A stretch of 64,000 bases of DNA, taken from positions 88,226,001-88,290,000 of the forward strand of contig OX597816.1 in NCBI GenBank assembly GCA_951406725.2. Direction: 5' to 3'. Below are positions 13,410 through 26,493 of the stretch, piece by piece. Within the stretch, counting starts at the first letter, position 1. Each line of letters opens with the position of its first letter. Below the pieces are notes generated by a model, which saw nothing but the letters and a program-made list of their open reading frames with translations, ran no database searches and was not told the DNA's origin. A program made the position numbers and the translations under genes. The DNA is from Octopus vulgaris (lineage: Eukaryota).

Positions 13410-13729
13410 TTAAAATACAAACAATAATAAACCATAAAATAAATTTTTACTTTTCAAAATGAAACAAAATAAACAAGTGTTTTTTCTCTTTATATTTGTT
13501 TTCTCTTATTTTTTTTTTAATTGCTAAGTCTTTGATCAGATCCTCCCTATGACATCATTCACACTTCGAAATTATAATTCCGATCATATCAGCAACTTCG
13601 AAAATTATTTTAGCAAGTTTAAAGCGATTTCTCAAGTGCCATAAACCATTTACCATTTTTTTGTGGTAACCTCTCCTTCCCTTGATGTCCTAAACATGTG
13701 TTTATTTTACTTAATGGATAATCGAGTGC

Positions 13730-13730
<1 letters not shown>
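13268..13730. mobile_element. hAT-like non-autonomous element remnant
   Basis: Ends GAGCCGGATTAAG...GCCCTAAGC and ...CTTAATGGATAATCGAGTGCTC resemble (CAG)GGCCGGATTA-type hAT MITE termini. Interrupted by (GT)n. Confidence 0.4.
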
Positions 13731-14195
<465 letters not shown>

Positions 14196-15309
14196 AGCTA
14201 CAATATTATTGCCCGAAATAGGACGAGATACGAACCATCTTTCTTTCACTACAAAAATGGTTAAACGATATCAAGTATTGATTTAAGTAAGTATCAGCTG
14301 CTATCGCTATATCAATACCATAGTTGAGTGCAGAGCTGCCAGAATCGTCATTTTGCAGATAACATCAGTAATATATAGCCAGTAACAAATGTAGTCAATT
14401 CAAATGGATCATAAAATAGATGAGACGTCAGTTATTTTTTGCATTTATACTTCAGTCGTTTGTTTTGTTTTATAATACAATTTTGCTATGGAAATCATTG
14501 TAGAAAAAATATCAAACTGATAGCGAATTCTACTAATGCTACTAATACAGTGTTCTCACTGACAATATACACATCAAAGGAAACAACGTGAAACGTGTTG
14601 TTTTTTGTTTTTTTAAATATTTTACGATCTATTGTGTTCAGTAATAGGGTCAAGCCCGAAAATATTTCAAAGCTTTGTCAGTGTTAATTTGATGAGACAT
14701 AATAATGATGGCTGATTTGTTCTTGCTTGCGAAAATCAGTGTGTATCTTCTTCCTTGCCTGGTTGTAGATGCGATTGCGTGATGAGCGAGTAATATTTCT
14801 GACGGAAATATCGAACAACTATAACACACAACATTTTCTCTGTCTCTCTCTGTCTCTCTCTCTCTCTGTCATTCTCTTTCTCCCCCCCCTCTCTCTCTCT
14901 GTCACACACATAAACACTCTCTCTCTCTACACACACACATCAAGTGAGTTACACACAGACACACACACACTCATACACACATACACATACCACGCATGGG
15001 CGTGTGTGTGTGTGTGTATGTGAACGCGCGTAACTGCGTGGATAGCATGTTGCATTCACGATCTCTACATCGTGGGTTCGATTCCCAGACCGAGCAGCGC
15101 GTTGTGATCTTCAAGCAAAGTACTCCATTTCCCGTCGTTCCAGTTCCCCTTTCGTTCAGTGGGGAATGTTGGCCTGTTCAACTATCCAGCGGAGTCGTGT
15201 CATTCGATGGCTAAAATGATGCAAAGCGCATTGTGACCAGCGGTGTATAACAACATCTGATATTCTGGTCGGTTACTTGATCACATACAAGTGACCTGTA
15301 GATATTCTA

Positions 15310-16099
15310 TCAATCTAAGGGGCCTTTTCGTTGTGTGTTTTTTCTTCTGCCCAAATTTTATTCCAAAATCCTTGCATTTCTTTTGATGGGACAGATTTTA
15401 CAGTAACTGGTGTTTTCCCTATCTTCCTATAAATTTTGGGGGTTATTTTTGAATATGTTGTTGTCCTTGAAGAATCTAACACGCTTTCCATACCTCGCTA
15501 TGCGGTCAGCTTTAGCACATACCTTTTGCTTGATGGTTTCTATGGTGGCATCAATGTCAAGTATGGTTTTCATATAATATTTTTTTCTTTAATTTTAGGG
15601 TTTTTGTAGGTTTGGTAGTCTTGTCAAAGTTAAGGTTTTTCAAACATTCTATGTCAGACCTAAGTAGCTTAATTTGGTGTTGGATACGCTCTTGCCAAGA
15701 AGGCAAATTTGTGGGAATGTTGCCGTTTTCTAATCTTCTCACCACATAGAATCGTTGAGATTTTCGTCGATGCATAGTACAGGTAATTGAGATCTGTGCT
15801 ATCAACATCATTAGCTGAAATTATATCCTTAAGTGCAAGGCGGATTTTACCAATTATTTTCAGGTTATGGTTAGAATTGCGGACTTTTGGGAGAGTATTG
15901 CGTTCATCCATACTGGTTTCTTTAATTTTCAGTCATTCAATCATAATTTGATTTTTTAGATCATGTAGTTCTGTCGGGTCAATATTTGTGAGTCTTCATC
16001 TATTTTTTTTGTAGTATTTTCGTTAAAAGGCCTCTTCCTTCAAGTCTTTCACAGGTTCCTTTATCTAATTCCATCGATGTAGTTGTTGTTGTTATTATA

Positions 16100-16100
<1 letters not shown>
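15310..16100 (-). mobile_element. R4/Dong-like LINE N-terminal ORF remnant next to (TTA)n
   Basis: Frameshifted peptides ...DLNYLYYAST..., PSWQERIQHQIKLLRSDI and KQKVCAKADRIARY...FWNKIW, typical of the R4/Dong pre-RT region. Abuts (TTA)n at ~16092-16178. Confidence 0.7.
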
Positions 16101-16178
<78 letters not shown>

Positions 16179-16279
16179 GTTTCATTACTATTATATTAGT
16201 GTTTTTCTGTATTTTGAAAATACATTTTATTTCCATTGTTGAACTCAGATACTGATAACAGAGAGGTTTATCTTTGGGC

Positions 16280-16359
16280 AAATAACTTCTGCTATCATCT
16301 CGGGTTGATCAAAGTTTTGTGAGTGGATTTGATACATGGAAACTGAAAGAAGCCCGTCG

Positions 16360-16407
<48 letters not shown>

Positions 16408-16625
16408 AAGATATATATGTTTGTGAGCTTGTATTTGTCTTCCATCCCACCATCGCTTGACAACCGAAGCTGGTGTGTTTACGTCCCCGTAGCTTAGCGG
16501 TTCGGCCAAAAACCGATAGAACAAGTAGTAGGGTCACAAAGAATAAGTGGATTTCTTCGACTAAAGGCGGTGCTCCAGCATGACCGCAGTCAAATTACTG
16601 AAACAAGTAAAAGGATAAAAGGATA
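16280..16625 (+). mobile_element. SINE family B, 5'-truncated copy
   Basis: GAGTGGATTTG..GGAAACTGAAAGAAGCCCGTCG...GGTGCTCCAGCATGACCGCAGTC. Confidence 0.85.
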
Positions 16626-16720
16626 CACATATACATACGCACACACGCATATATATCCTTCACATATAATTATTGTGTATAGATAGAGAGATAGATAGAT
16701 GGATGGATAGATAGATATAT

Positions 16721-16751
<31 letters not shown>

Positions 16752-16777
16752 TATATAGATAGATAGATAGATAGATG

Positions 16778-16820
<43 letters not shown>

Positions 16821-16840
16821 GGATAGATAGATAAATGGAT

Positions 16841-18875
16841 AGATATGTTTCTTTATTAGCCACACAGGGCTGCACACAGATAGAACAAATTACAAGGTAG
16901 AGCTTTTCTTTTGAAGGTTTAAAAAAAAAAAAAAGGAAAGGGGGGAGTTTCGATCAAAAGGGATCGTAAAAGGAGAGAAAGAGGACAAAAAAGGGGGGGT
17001 TAAAAAAAAGGGGGAGAGGAAAAAAATGATCAATAGGGATCGTTATCACAGAAATGTCAATATGAAGTGTAAAGGGGAGGACAGGTGAGGTTTACCCGTG
17101 GAAAGAAAAGCCTACGGAAAAGACCACGGTAACCTCGGTCAATGAAGTCACATTTTATATTTCTTTTTTTTTTTTTTTTTTTTTTTGCAAATAAGCAAAT
17201 CTCTGTTTTCAATTTCTGGGTTCATAGGATTATGCTCAAGGTGGCTTCGTCATTCATACGTGCCATTCTTGCTACATTCACCCATCTTTTTTTAAAACAT
17301 TCGCTAGACAAAACTTGCCTCTCTACTCTCACTTTCCTTTTCAAGTGGTACTTGAAGAAGTTGATGAGAGATTGACCAGAGAGGAAAGTGTTTGTCTCCA
17401 ATCCTTTCAGACGCGTCCACCAGATACATTCTTTCGCCATAGCCACAAGGATGATGAAAATAGCTCTTCCTTCCCGTTTGAAGGAAGGAGGCGTGACAAT
17501 ATTGACGATAGACTCAGCTGATAAACCGACTCGTCCCACACGTGACAGCAGTTGTTCGACATAAGCCCACAGGTCGGAAATTGTTGGACACTGAACGAGT
17601 GCGTGCAGAACGGTTTCGTCGCTCTGACCGCATCTCGGGCAGGTCGGCCCCGTGTTTCTCGAGCCGTGTCTGTAGAGCTTATCCCGAACGGGTAGCGCTT
17701 CTCGGTAGCACTGCCAGGCCAGGGATCTCTGGAAGTTGTCCATGGGCCCTGGCCCGAAAGTCGTCCTGAACAGGCGGGTCAGGTACTCCTCGTCGACGTC
17801 CAGGTTCGCCCCGAGCTCGTCATCGTACCTCCCCTCCACTAAACCCCTATAGAATGCTTTGGTTGTGTTGAAGTCACTTAAGGTCGACCCAGGACGGCAG
17901 AGTTGCTTGAGAGCAACACGACACTCGCGGTGCCATTCGCCCTTCCTCGGCCTCTTTTTGATCCACGACTGCAGTTCGGTCATGGAGACGAGCTGCGGGA
18001 AAGCGTGCCTCACAAACGGCGACCACACCTGTTCACCGTCGTCTACATAGAGCCAGAGATGTCGCAGTCTCAGCGCGTATCTGCGCATCATCAACCACGG
18101 CATGCCCAGCCCTCCTTTTAACGGGTGTTGACAGCAAATGGATCGCCTGACCATCGGGACGCATCCTTTCCACAAGAAGCGAAAGAGAATGCGTTGTAGT
18201 TTGGTGATGGTAGGGTCGGGACAAGGTACGACGGTCAGGCGGTAGTAGATGACGGACGCGATGTACGTGTTCGCCACCTCCGCTCGACCTTTTAGGGACA
18301 GTTTCCTCTCGGCCCATTGCCGAGCGAGAGTGACCACCCTACTCGTTATCTCGTTCCAGTTCTTCTCCACTTGGAGGTCCGGACCAAACCAGACCCCGAG
18401 CAACTCAACCGGGCCGTCGGTCCAGCGTCCCACGATGGAGGCGCTGGTGGACGGCATGGGCTTGCTTCTCCAGGTGCCTAGTCGCAAGCCCACTGACTTT
18501 TCCCGGTTGATTTTCGCTCCTGTCACCGCTTCGTAGTTTTTCAGTGTCTCGCCGACCAGCTCGATGTGCTCGTGGCTAGACACTATGACGGTGACGTCGT
18601 CCGCGTATGCAGACACGCTCGTCCCGCATCCCAATTCTCGCGGGATGCCCCTTAGAGTCGCCAGCTTCCGCAGTAGTGGCTCAAGAGTCAATATGTATAG
18701 AAGCGCCGAGAGGAGGCATCCCTGACGGACCGAACGTGCAATGTCGAAAGGTCTCGATAGATGTCCATTTACGCGAATTACCGAACGGATGCCTCTGTAC
18801 AAGGCAGCTATCCAGCCGCGGAAGACGGGACCGAAACCAGCCGCTCTCAGGACTGCCTCCAAGTATCGATGGTCT
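16841..18875 (-). mobile_element. 5'-truncated Tx1/L1-clade non-LTR retrotransposon inserted in (GATA)n, 18-bp TSD
   Basis: ATAGATAGATAAATGGAT at 16823-16840 and 18876-18893. ORF2 fragment intact. The 3' UTR ends AATAAAGAAACATATCT. Confidence 0.93.
17222..18862 (-). CDS. Tx1/L1 ORF2 C-terminal part: reverse transcriptase plus zinc-binding (zf-RVT-like) domain, 5'-truncated
   Basis: Motifs SVRQGC.LS, YADD, GAKINREKS, LLGVWFG, GGLG and C..C..ETVLHALVQC. Uninterrupted 546 aa. The listed 'start' is an internal TTG just downstream of the truncation point (..DHRYLEAV). Confidence 0.92.
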   Translation of the reverse strand: MEAVLRAAGFGPVFRGWIAALYRGIRSVIRVNGHLSRPFDIARSVRQGCLLSALLYILTLEPLLRKLATLRGIPRELGCGTSVSAYADDVTVIVSSHEHIELVGETLKNYEAVTGAKINREKSVGLRLGTWRSKPMPSTSASIVGRWTDGPVELLGVWFGPDLQVEKNWNEITSRVVTLARQWAERKLSLKGRAEVANTYIASVIYYRLTVVPCPDPTITKLQRILFRFLWKGCVPMVRRSICCQHPLKGGLGMPWLMMRRYALRLRHLWLYVDDGEQVWSPFVRHAFPQLVSMTELQSWIKKRPRKGEWHRECRVALKQLCRPGSTLSDFNTTKAFYRGLVEGRYDDELGANLDVDEEYLTRLFRTTFGPGPMDNFQRSLAWQCYREALPVRDKLYRHGSRNTGPTCPRCGQSDETVLHALVQCPTISDLWAYVEQLLSRVGRVGLSAESIVNIVTPPSFKREGRAIFIILVAMAKECIWWTRLKGLETNTFLSGQSLINFFKYHLKRKVRVERQVLSSECFKKRWVNVARMARMNDEATLSIIL

Positions 18876-19086
18876 ATAGATAGATAAATGGATGGATAGA
18901 TAGGTAGATTGATAGATTGACAGACAGACAGGCAGAAAAACAGAAAGACAGGCAGATATATATATATAGAGAGATAGATATATAGATAGACAGATAAATA
19001 GATATAGATACCGCTGTTATTTTCAAGTATATTTTCATTCAGCTCATCCTTACACTATTGGTCACATACGCATGCAGGCCGTATAT

Positions 19087-19224
<138 letters not shown>

Positions 19225-19235
19225 ACATATATATA

Positions 19236-19337
19236 TATGTGTGTAAAGGATATATATGTATGTGTGTATCTTTTTATTCTTTTACTTGTTTCAGTAATTT
19301 GACTGCGGTCATGCTGGAGCACCGCCTTTAGTCGAAG

Positions 19338-19341
<4 letters not shown>
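19236..19341 (-). repeat. Inverted copy of the SINE B tail plus flank at ~16550-16665
   Basis: Near-identical reverse complement including private variants and adjacent non-SINE sequence. Confidence 0.8.
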
Positions 19342-19397
<56 letters not shown>

Positions 19398-19543
19398 AAA
19401 TAAGCAACATGACTCCGGTAGTCATTCTTGTTGCTTATTTTGATTATAATCACCCCACGGATTTTTATGGATAACACCATACAAAATTCTGGTGCATCTA
19501 AATTAAGTACCATATTCATTTGAATCTAAATTTTTGCTGAACT

Positions 19544-19601
<58 letters not shown>

Positions 19602-20240
19602 TATATATGTGTGTGTGTGTGTGGTGTATATATATATATATATATATACATATATACATACATACATACATACAAACATACATATACGTGTGTGTGTGTG
19701 TTTGTGTCTCTATCTGTGCATGCATGTATGCATACCTGCATATATATGGACAGGGAGACAGACAGACAGAGACGGAGAATGAAAGTGAGATAGACAAGGA
19801 CAGACAGCGAAACATAGAGGAAGAAAGAAGTAATGAGGGACAGAGCGAGAGAAAGGGGGGAAAAGAGAATAAAAGACGATCTATTGACAGTGGCTCGAAT
19901 GTTCGATGTCCTATCTCATCGATTATCTGTATCTGTGATTTTATAATGTGGAACAGTGATGTGGACGTTGTCACGAATGCCCTGTGGATGTTCATGGTCC
20001 TACGCACATGCCTCCACATTGCATGCAGCCTGTAATCTGAAGACACTCAGCATCTATTGTAAATGTAGTTTCAGAAACGAATGAATGATACTGGTCTGAG
20101 GCGAAACTAAAGCGATCCGATAACCTTTCACCGAGAGCGAAAGGAAATGAGGTAGCAGTAAAAATGAACAGCAAAATAAACACACTCGTGCGAGTACACA
20201 CACACACATATACACACACACATACATACAGACACACACG

Positions 20241-20282
<42 letters not shown>

Positions 20283-20399
20283 CCGTAGAAGAGTTTATCC
20301 ACATGATAGAAATATACAAATAACCTTAGTAAATCCCCACCTATCTTTATTAATGGCTAAGAATGGTGACAAAGCCATCCATTCTCTAGGAGGGGTATA

Positions 20400-20715
20400 G
20401 TTGATGCCACCCACTCCATTATTTTACTGTTACTTTATTTTATCGCCTTCAGAAGGATTAAAGTCAAAGCTGACCTCATGGATTTGAACCCAGAATGTAA
20501 AGAGAGCTGGAATAAATAATTGTATTTACTCAGCAAATTTGAGATAAACTGGTTAGTCGATATCATGGACTACTGTATTTGATTGGTGCTTGATTTTGTC
20601 GATCTTAGAATGATGAAAGGCAGAATTGACACCAGTGGAATTTGAACTGATAATGTAAAGTCGGAATAAATACTGCAAGACATTTTTTTCCGATGCTCTA
20701 ACGATTCAGCCAGGA
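20400..20715 (-). mobile_element. SINE family A, two old copies
   Basis: Degenerate GATGAAAGGCAGAATTGAC..GGAATTTGAACT core. Confidence 0.6.
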
Positions 20716-21722
20716 AACAAGACAACCAGAAAGCCTCTTCGTGGTCAATAGGGTTGAAAAAAGCATATCTCTATCGTCTTAATCATAACACGTTTAATGA
20801 GGGATTGGTACTAGACACACTTTAAAAAAGTTGGAATGGTCACCAATGACATTTACGTGACCTTTATTTATCTGATCAAAGTCGGCTTGAACGTAATAAT
20901 CACTACGATACCCAAGCTATGATTTTGACGTAATACCCTGTAGCATGAAGACTATATTTCCATTATATGATATACAGGAGCGGGCTATTATTGAAAGAAG
21001 AAAATGAAAATCGTAAAGTTAAGTAGGAAGTAATAACCAACCTCCTTCTCTCTCTTACGCTCATACAAGTTTCTATATGCATACGAAGAAACACAGAGAA
21101 AGAAAGGAAATAACAAGAAGAAAGAGAAGGTAAGAAGAAACGAAAAGAGAAAAAATGTCCTAACCAGGCAAAAGCACCGTAGGCAATTGTCTTCCTTAAT
21201 AATTTGATAAGGAAATATCGATTTATAAGGAAATCTCGGTTGATAAGAATTGTAGTCATTACTTTGATGCTATGGAAACGGAAGAGCTTAGCGACTGAGA
21301 CGAATAGACAATAATATAGTTAAGTTTTGAAAGGTATGACAACTATATGACCAATCAAACAGTCAGTCAAGCTCAAGATCCCAGCACAGCAACCAACAAG
21401 CAAAAACATTCATCCATCAAAACTAAACGGTAAAATACTAGACAGCCAGCCAGCAAGCCAGCCAGCCAGCCAGCTAACCAGTCAGCAGGATTACTAGTTA
21501 GCCTGGCAGCCAAACGAACCAAACAGATCTCAATCCCAATAGCAAGAATGTTAAGTCAGTTCTTATCAGCAATGGCCTAGAGGAAGAAGTGGTATATGTA
21601 CATATATACACACTTACATAGGTATGCGTGCGCACACACACATGCACACACGCACACAGACACACACACACACATATTCACACGTGCTTATGTAAACTTT
21701 CAAATATCTAAACATATATATA

Positions 21723-21773
<51 letters not shown>

Positions 21774-22559
21774 CTATAAACATATACATACATGCAGATA
21801 TATGCATGTGTATGTATGTATATGTATGTATGTATGTATGTGTGTATGTATGTATGTATGTATGTATGTATGTATGTATGTATGTATGTATGTATGTATA
21901 TAGAGGTTTAGGGCAATGTTCAAATCTAGTAATAAAGAGAAAGCATTATCGTAGCTCTATTTGCCTAATTTGCTATCGGATATCATAGTGTTTATATCCA
22001 TGAAATATAAATCATGATAACGTAATCACATATTTATACATGAATACGTTTGTGCATGCTCCCGATGGCAAATTTATCGAGGGCAAAATCTATCGGATTC
22101 TTGATATTAAAGCACATTTTTTTGTTTGTTTGTTTTTTTTTTGTTAGGTATAGCCGTATTTTTCTCAACCGACATAAATTTCAGGTACAGTTGCTTTGTT
22201 AAAAAATATGAGTAGTTTGGATATTATATATCCTAGGTGTTTTCGTCCTCTTCATGCCATCGTTCGAAGGAATTTTCTTGGCCATTTTGCAGAATGGTAC
22301 AGTTTTGATTAAATTCACTGAATCCACTGAAATATATCGTCTTAGTTTCGCAACATGTGATTGATGACCACGGTTTCATGTTTTGGTATGGTTTCCGCAA
22401 CAATAAGACAAGTATTTACAGGCCTGTGATTATGACAAAAATGAATAGGATAGCATTTATTATAAGAATTGATATGCTGTTGTATCTCAGTTTTTCGTGG
22501 TGTGACTATGAATAATTTGAATGTATGAGCAAATTTTTCTGCAACTCATTTCATTCACA

Positions 22560-23081
22560 GTTTCTCGCTCAAAATTCCTTGTCAGGTGCTTCAGGGCACA
22601 CCAGTCAGAACAATTTCGTCAATTCTTCGGTGACGATCCTCCAAGATCAGATAAATTTTTGTGATGTCATCATTTGTTCAGGAGGTCTACGGTCGTCCTA
22701 AACGAGGTTGGTCCTCAAGCTATAAGCGACCATTCCTTAAGCGTAGAAACCACTCGTAAACTTGTGTTTTGCTCACGGCAGTTGCCTTGTAAGCAGTTTG
22801 AAGCATGACAACCGTTTCGGCCCCCGTTTTCCCCATCAGAAAACAGAATTTCACAGAAGCACACTGTTCCTTCGTTTCAGCAATCGCTAAAATCGACAAA
22901 TATGGGAGAAGCACTGCAAAACAAAAACGCACAACGTGACAATACGACCTCTCTGGATGCCGCTGGTCGGTATACTGATGCCTGAGGGTCGCATTAAATG
23001 GCGTCTAGCGGCAGAAGCCTGAACTACAATGGGTTTTATTCACAGAGAAGGTTTCCGGTTACTTTGGGGTACCCTCTCGTA
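22560..23081 (-). mobile_element. mariner transposon 5' remnant
   Basis: EQCASVKFCFLMGKTGAETVVMLQTAYK..VSKTQVYEWFLRLRNGR is the mariner N-terminal HTH. The terminus reads TACGAGAGGGTACCCCAAAGTAACCGGAA. Confidence 0.85.
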
Positions 23082-23084
23082 AGC

Positions 23085-23470
<386 letters not shown>

Positions 23471-23920
23471 GCCCCAGCATGGCCACAGCTCGTGAGCTGA
23501 AACTAGATAAAATGAAAAAAAAAATGAATATATATATATATATATATATATTCTTGAAAACATTTATATTTGCGTAGTAGATTGAATATACATTTTGCTA
23601 CTTTCTGAACACATATATATATATCAATGTACAACATGTTCTGTTGAAGTTCTGAAGAATAGTGTGAACATGTTGCTCATGCACTACTAAGCAATATTAA
23701 TGACATAGTTAACGGGGAAAATTGCAACAGGGAATCGAAGTGAACAACAGAAACACAGGACAGTTATACTTAACATGCACACATACATCTATACACATCC
23801 GTATGTTTACATAAAATGCTAGATATAAATGTAAACAAGCGTCAATGAAATGTAGAAAATCATCGATCAATTTTAAGAGTAAACTATTCATTAATTTCAA
23901 ACTGCGCTTTGTTTCTGCAG

Positions 23921-23945
23921 AAATCATGGAGACATTTTGTTTTCG
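23921..23945 (+). CDS. Candidate 25-nt micro-exon (xNHGDILFS)
   Basis: CTTTGTTTCTGCAG|AAATCATGGAGACATTTTGTTTTCG|GTAAGA. Splice signals only, no homology support. Confidence 0.25.
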
Positions 23946-24511
23946 GTAAGATCATAAACATTGCCTCGGAATTGATCTTTAGGTAATATTCATCAAATAT
24001 ACCTAATTTACATAATTAGTGAAATGGCGACATTTCTAGAAAAATAACTATCCTGTAAGGAAAGAAAAAGAAACGAATTTCTCTTATATATATCTCATTT
24101 AATTCTATTTATTACTGTGATAATAAATTTCATGTTTACCAAAATTAATGAGTGATTCCTGAATTTAAGACAGCACTTTCACCTTTGTCACTCTGTAGTA
24201 AGTATAATATTGTTTCGGAATCTGCGAAACGTTTTTCCATTTCTTTTTCTTTAATTAACTTTTGTCTAAAGTGTTGCATTAATGAGAAGTAGTGCCAAAA
24301 TTATTATTGGTTTAAAAATACTATCTTCTTTTACTGAAAGTCATTAGTGCTACCGCATTATAAATATTGATATTATTAATTAATTGAATAGGTTTCATTG
24401 ATGTATTCAAAGATGAACTGCTCCCCGTTGAAAGGCAATAATACAACAATGAACAACAGAAACAGTTTGATGTAAACCATCTGAAAACATCTGATGTAAT
24501 CAAACCCTTCC

Positions 24512-24609
<98 letters not shown>

Positions 24610-25128
24610 CAATGCCCTGATGCGGTACTCGACACTGGCTCTCATGGCTTCTGATCTCAACAGATTGGAAGTATTATCATGTATATTTTTTGTCTTGGTA
24701 TAAAATTTGGGCTACAGCAAGTATTCTGCTCAATACCACAGGTTTACTTGTCAGTTGCTTGATCTTAACCACTTAAGCATGTCACTTTAGTGGCTGACGA
24801 TATGTGCAGGGCAGAAGTAGTGGGCGAGCGTCATAGTCATGTGTTGAGAACAGTTCTTTGGGATTTGAATAATTCACCTCTGGAGACATGGGTGTTTCAT
24901 TCAACATCCTTAAACAAGCCTTATTTACGGACCTTTTGAGTGAGTTAGGCTACTCGACCTCAAAAAAATTGGGCCCCACCTGCAAGGTCATGCAGTATTT
25001 ACCATGATATGAAATTTACATGTGCGTGGTGTACTCTTATCAGACGGGTAGTCATGATGGGTATATTAGGCTTCGTATATTTGCACCCCAATATCACTTT
25101 GATGGCATAAACTGCTATTTCACTCAAT
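24610..25128. mobile_element. Unclassified ~500-bp repeat embedded in (AAT)n; second copy at 25615-25965
   Basis: The two copies share CTTATCAGACGGGTAGTCATGATGGGTATA...CACTCAATAA. Both end in AAT repeats. Confidence 0.7.
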
Positions 25129-25149
25129 AATAAAAATGAAATAATAATA

Positions 25150-25610
25150 ATTCAAAATTTGGAAAAAGGTTAGCAGTTTAGGGGTGGGGTTAAGTCGATT
25201 ATATCAACCCCAGTGTTCAACTGGTATTTATTTTATCGGCCCCTAAAAGATAAAAGGCAAAGCGACATCAGCGGAATATGAACTCAGAACATAAAGACGA
25301 ACGAAATGCTAGGGATTCTGCCAGCTCGCTGCCTCAGTAATAATAACAACAACAGCAACAACAACAATAATAACATTAATAATAATAATCCTTTCTACTA
25401 TAGGTACAAGACTTTGATGCTTGTGGGGAAGGAGACAATCGATCACATCGACCCCAGTATTTGACTGGTACTTAATTTATCGACCCACGAAAGAATGAAA
25501 GACAAAGTCGACCTCGGCAGAATTTGAACTCAGATCCTAGTTGCAAACGGAATACTGCTAAGCATTTCACCGGCCGTGCTAACGATTCTGTCAGTTCACC
25601 AACTTCTTAA
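25150..25610 (-). mobile_element. SINE family A, two copies
   Basis: Family core and head present twice. Confidence 0.8.
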
Positions 25611-25966
25611 TAACGAGCAGAAGTAGTGGGGGAGCATCATAGTCGTGTGTTGAAAGGAATTCTTAGAGATTTGGATAATTCACCTTTGTAAACATGGGTG
25701 GTTCGTTCAACATCCTTAAACAATCCTTATTCAGGGACTTTCTGAGCGGGATGGGCTACTCGACCAGAAGAAAATTCTAACTGGGCCCACCTGCAAGGTC
25801 ATGCACTGTTTATCTTGACATGAGATCACCATGTCGCGCACATATGGTTGTGATGCATGTGCTTAGTGTACCCTTATCAGACGGGTAGTCATGATGGGTA
25901 TACTGGGCTTCGTATATTTTACCCCAGTGTCACTTTGATGACATGCACTGCTCTCTCACTCAATAA

Positions 25967-26046
<80 letters not shown>

Positions 26047-26388
26047 TAGCGAAAGGGGCTGATTGCTACCTAACTCAGATACCAGGAAACCCAAAAATGG
26101 CAGATATTCAAAAGATAGTGCTCATGGGAACTGCTCATATCCTACGCAAAATACTTTCTACAACAAACATTTAAAACAAACTTTAAAACAAACATTTTTT
26201 ATTTTTTATTTCTTTTAATTTTTAATTTTTTTATTTTTTTTAGACATCCACTAGTACAACACAAAAAACAACCAAATATATGGCACACTAGGCATAACAA
26301 CAACGTGAACTTCCAACCTGTTGTCTCTTGAGGTCTCCGGGTGAGACTTGGAGTCAACTTGTATACATATAAAGCAAAAGTCAAACAT
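26047..26388 (+). mobile_element. R4/Dong-type LINE extreme 3' fragment in (AAT)n
   Basis: IPGNPKMADIQKIVLMGTAHILRKILS matches the C-terminus of the neighbouring element, but the 3' UTR differs. Confidence 0.8.
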
Positions 26389-26406
26389 ATAATAATAATA
26401 ATAATG

Positions 26407-26492
<86 letters not shown>

Positions 26493-26493
<1 letters not shown>

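Noticed and set aside
17315-18879. Several overlapping ORFs antisense or out of frame to the Tx1 ORF
   Set aside because: Shadow ORFs of a GC-rich coding sequence.
20146-20165. let-7-like seed TGAGGTAG
   Set aside because: The rest of the mature sequence and a precursor hairpin are missing.
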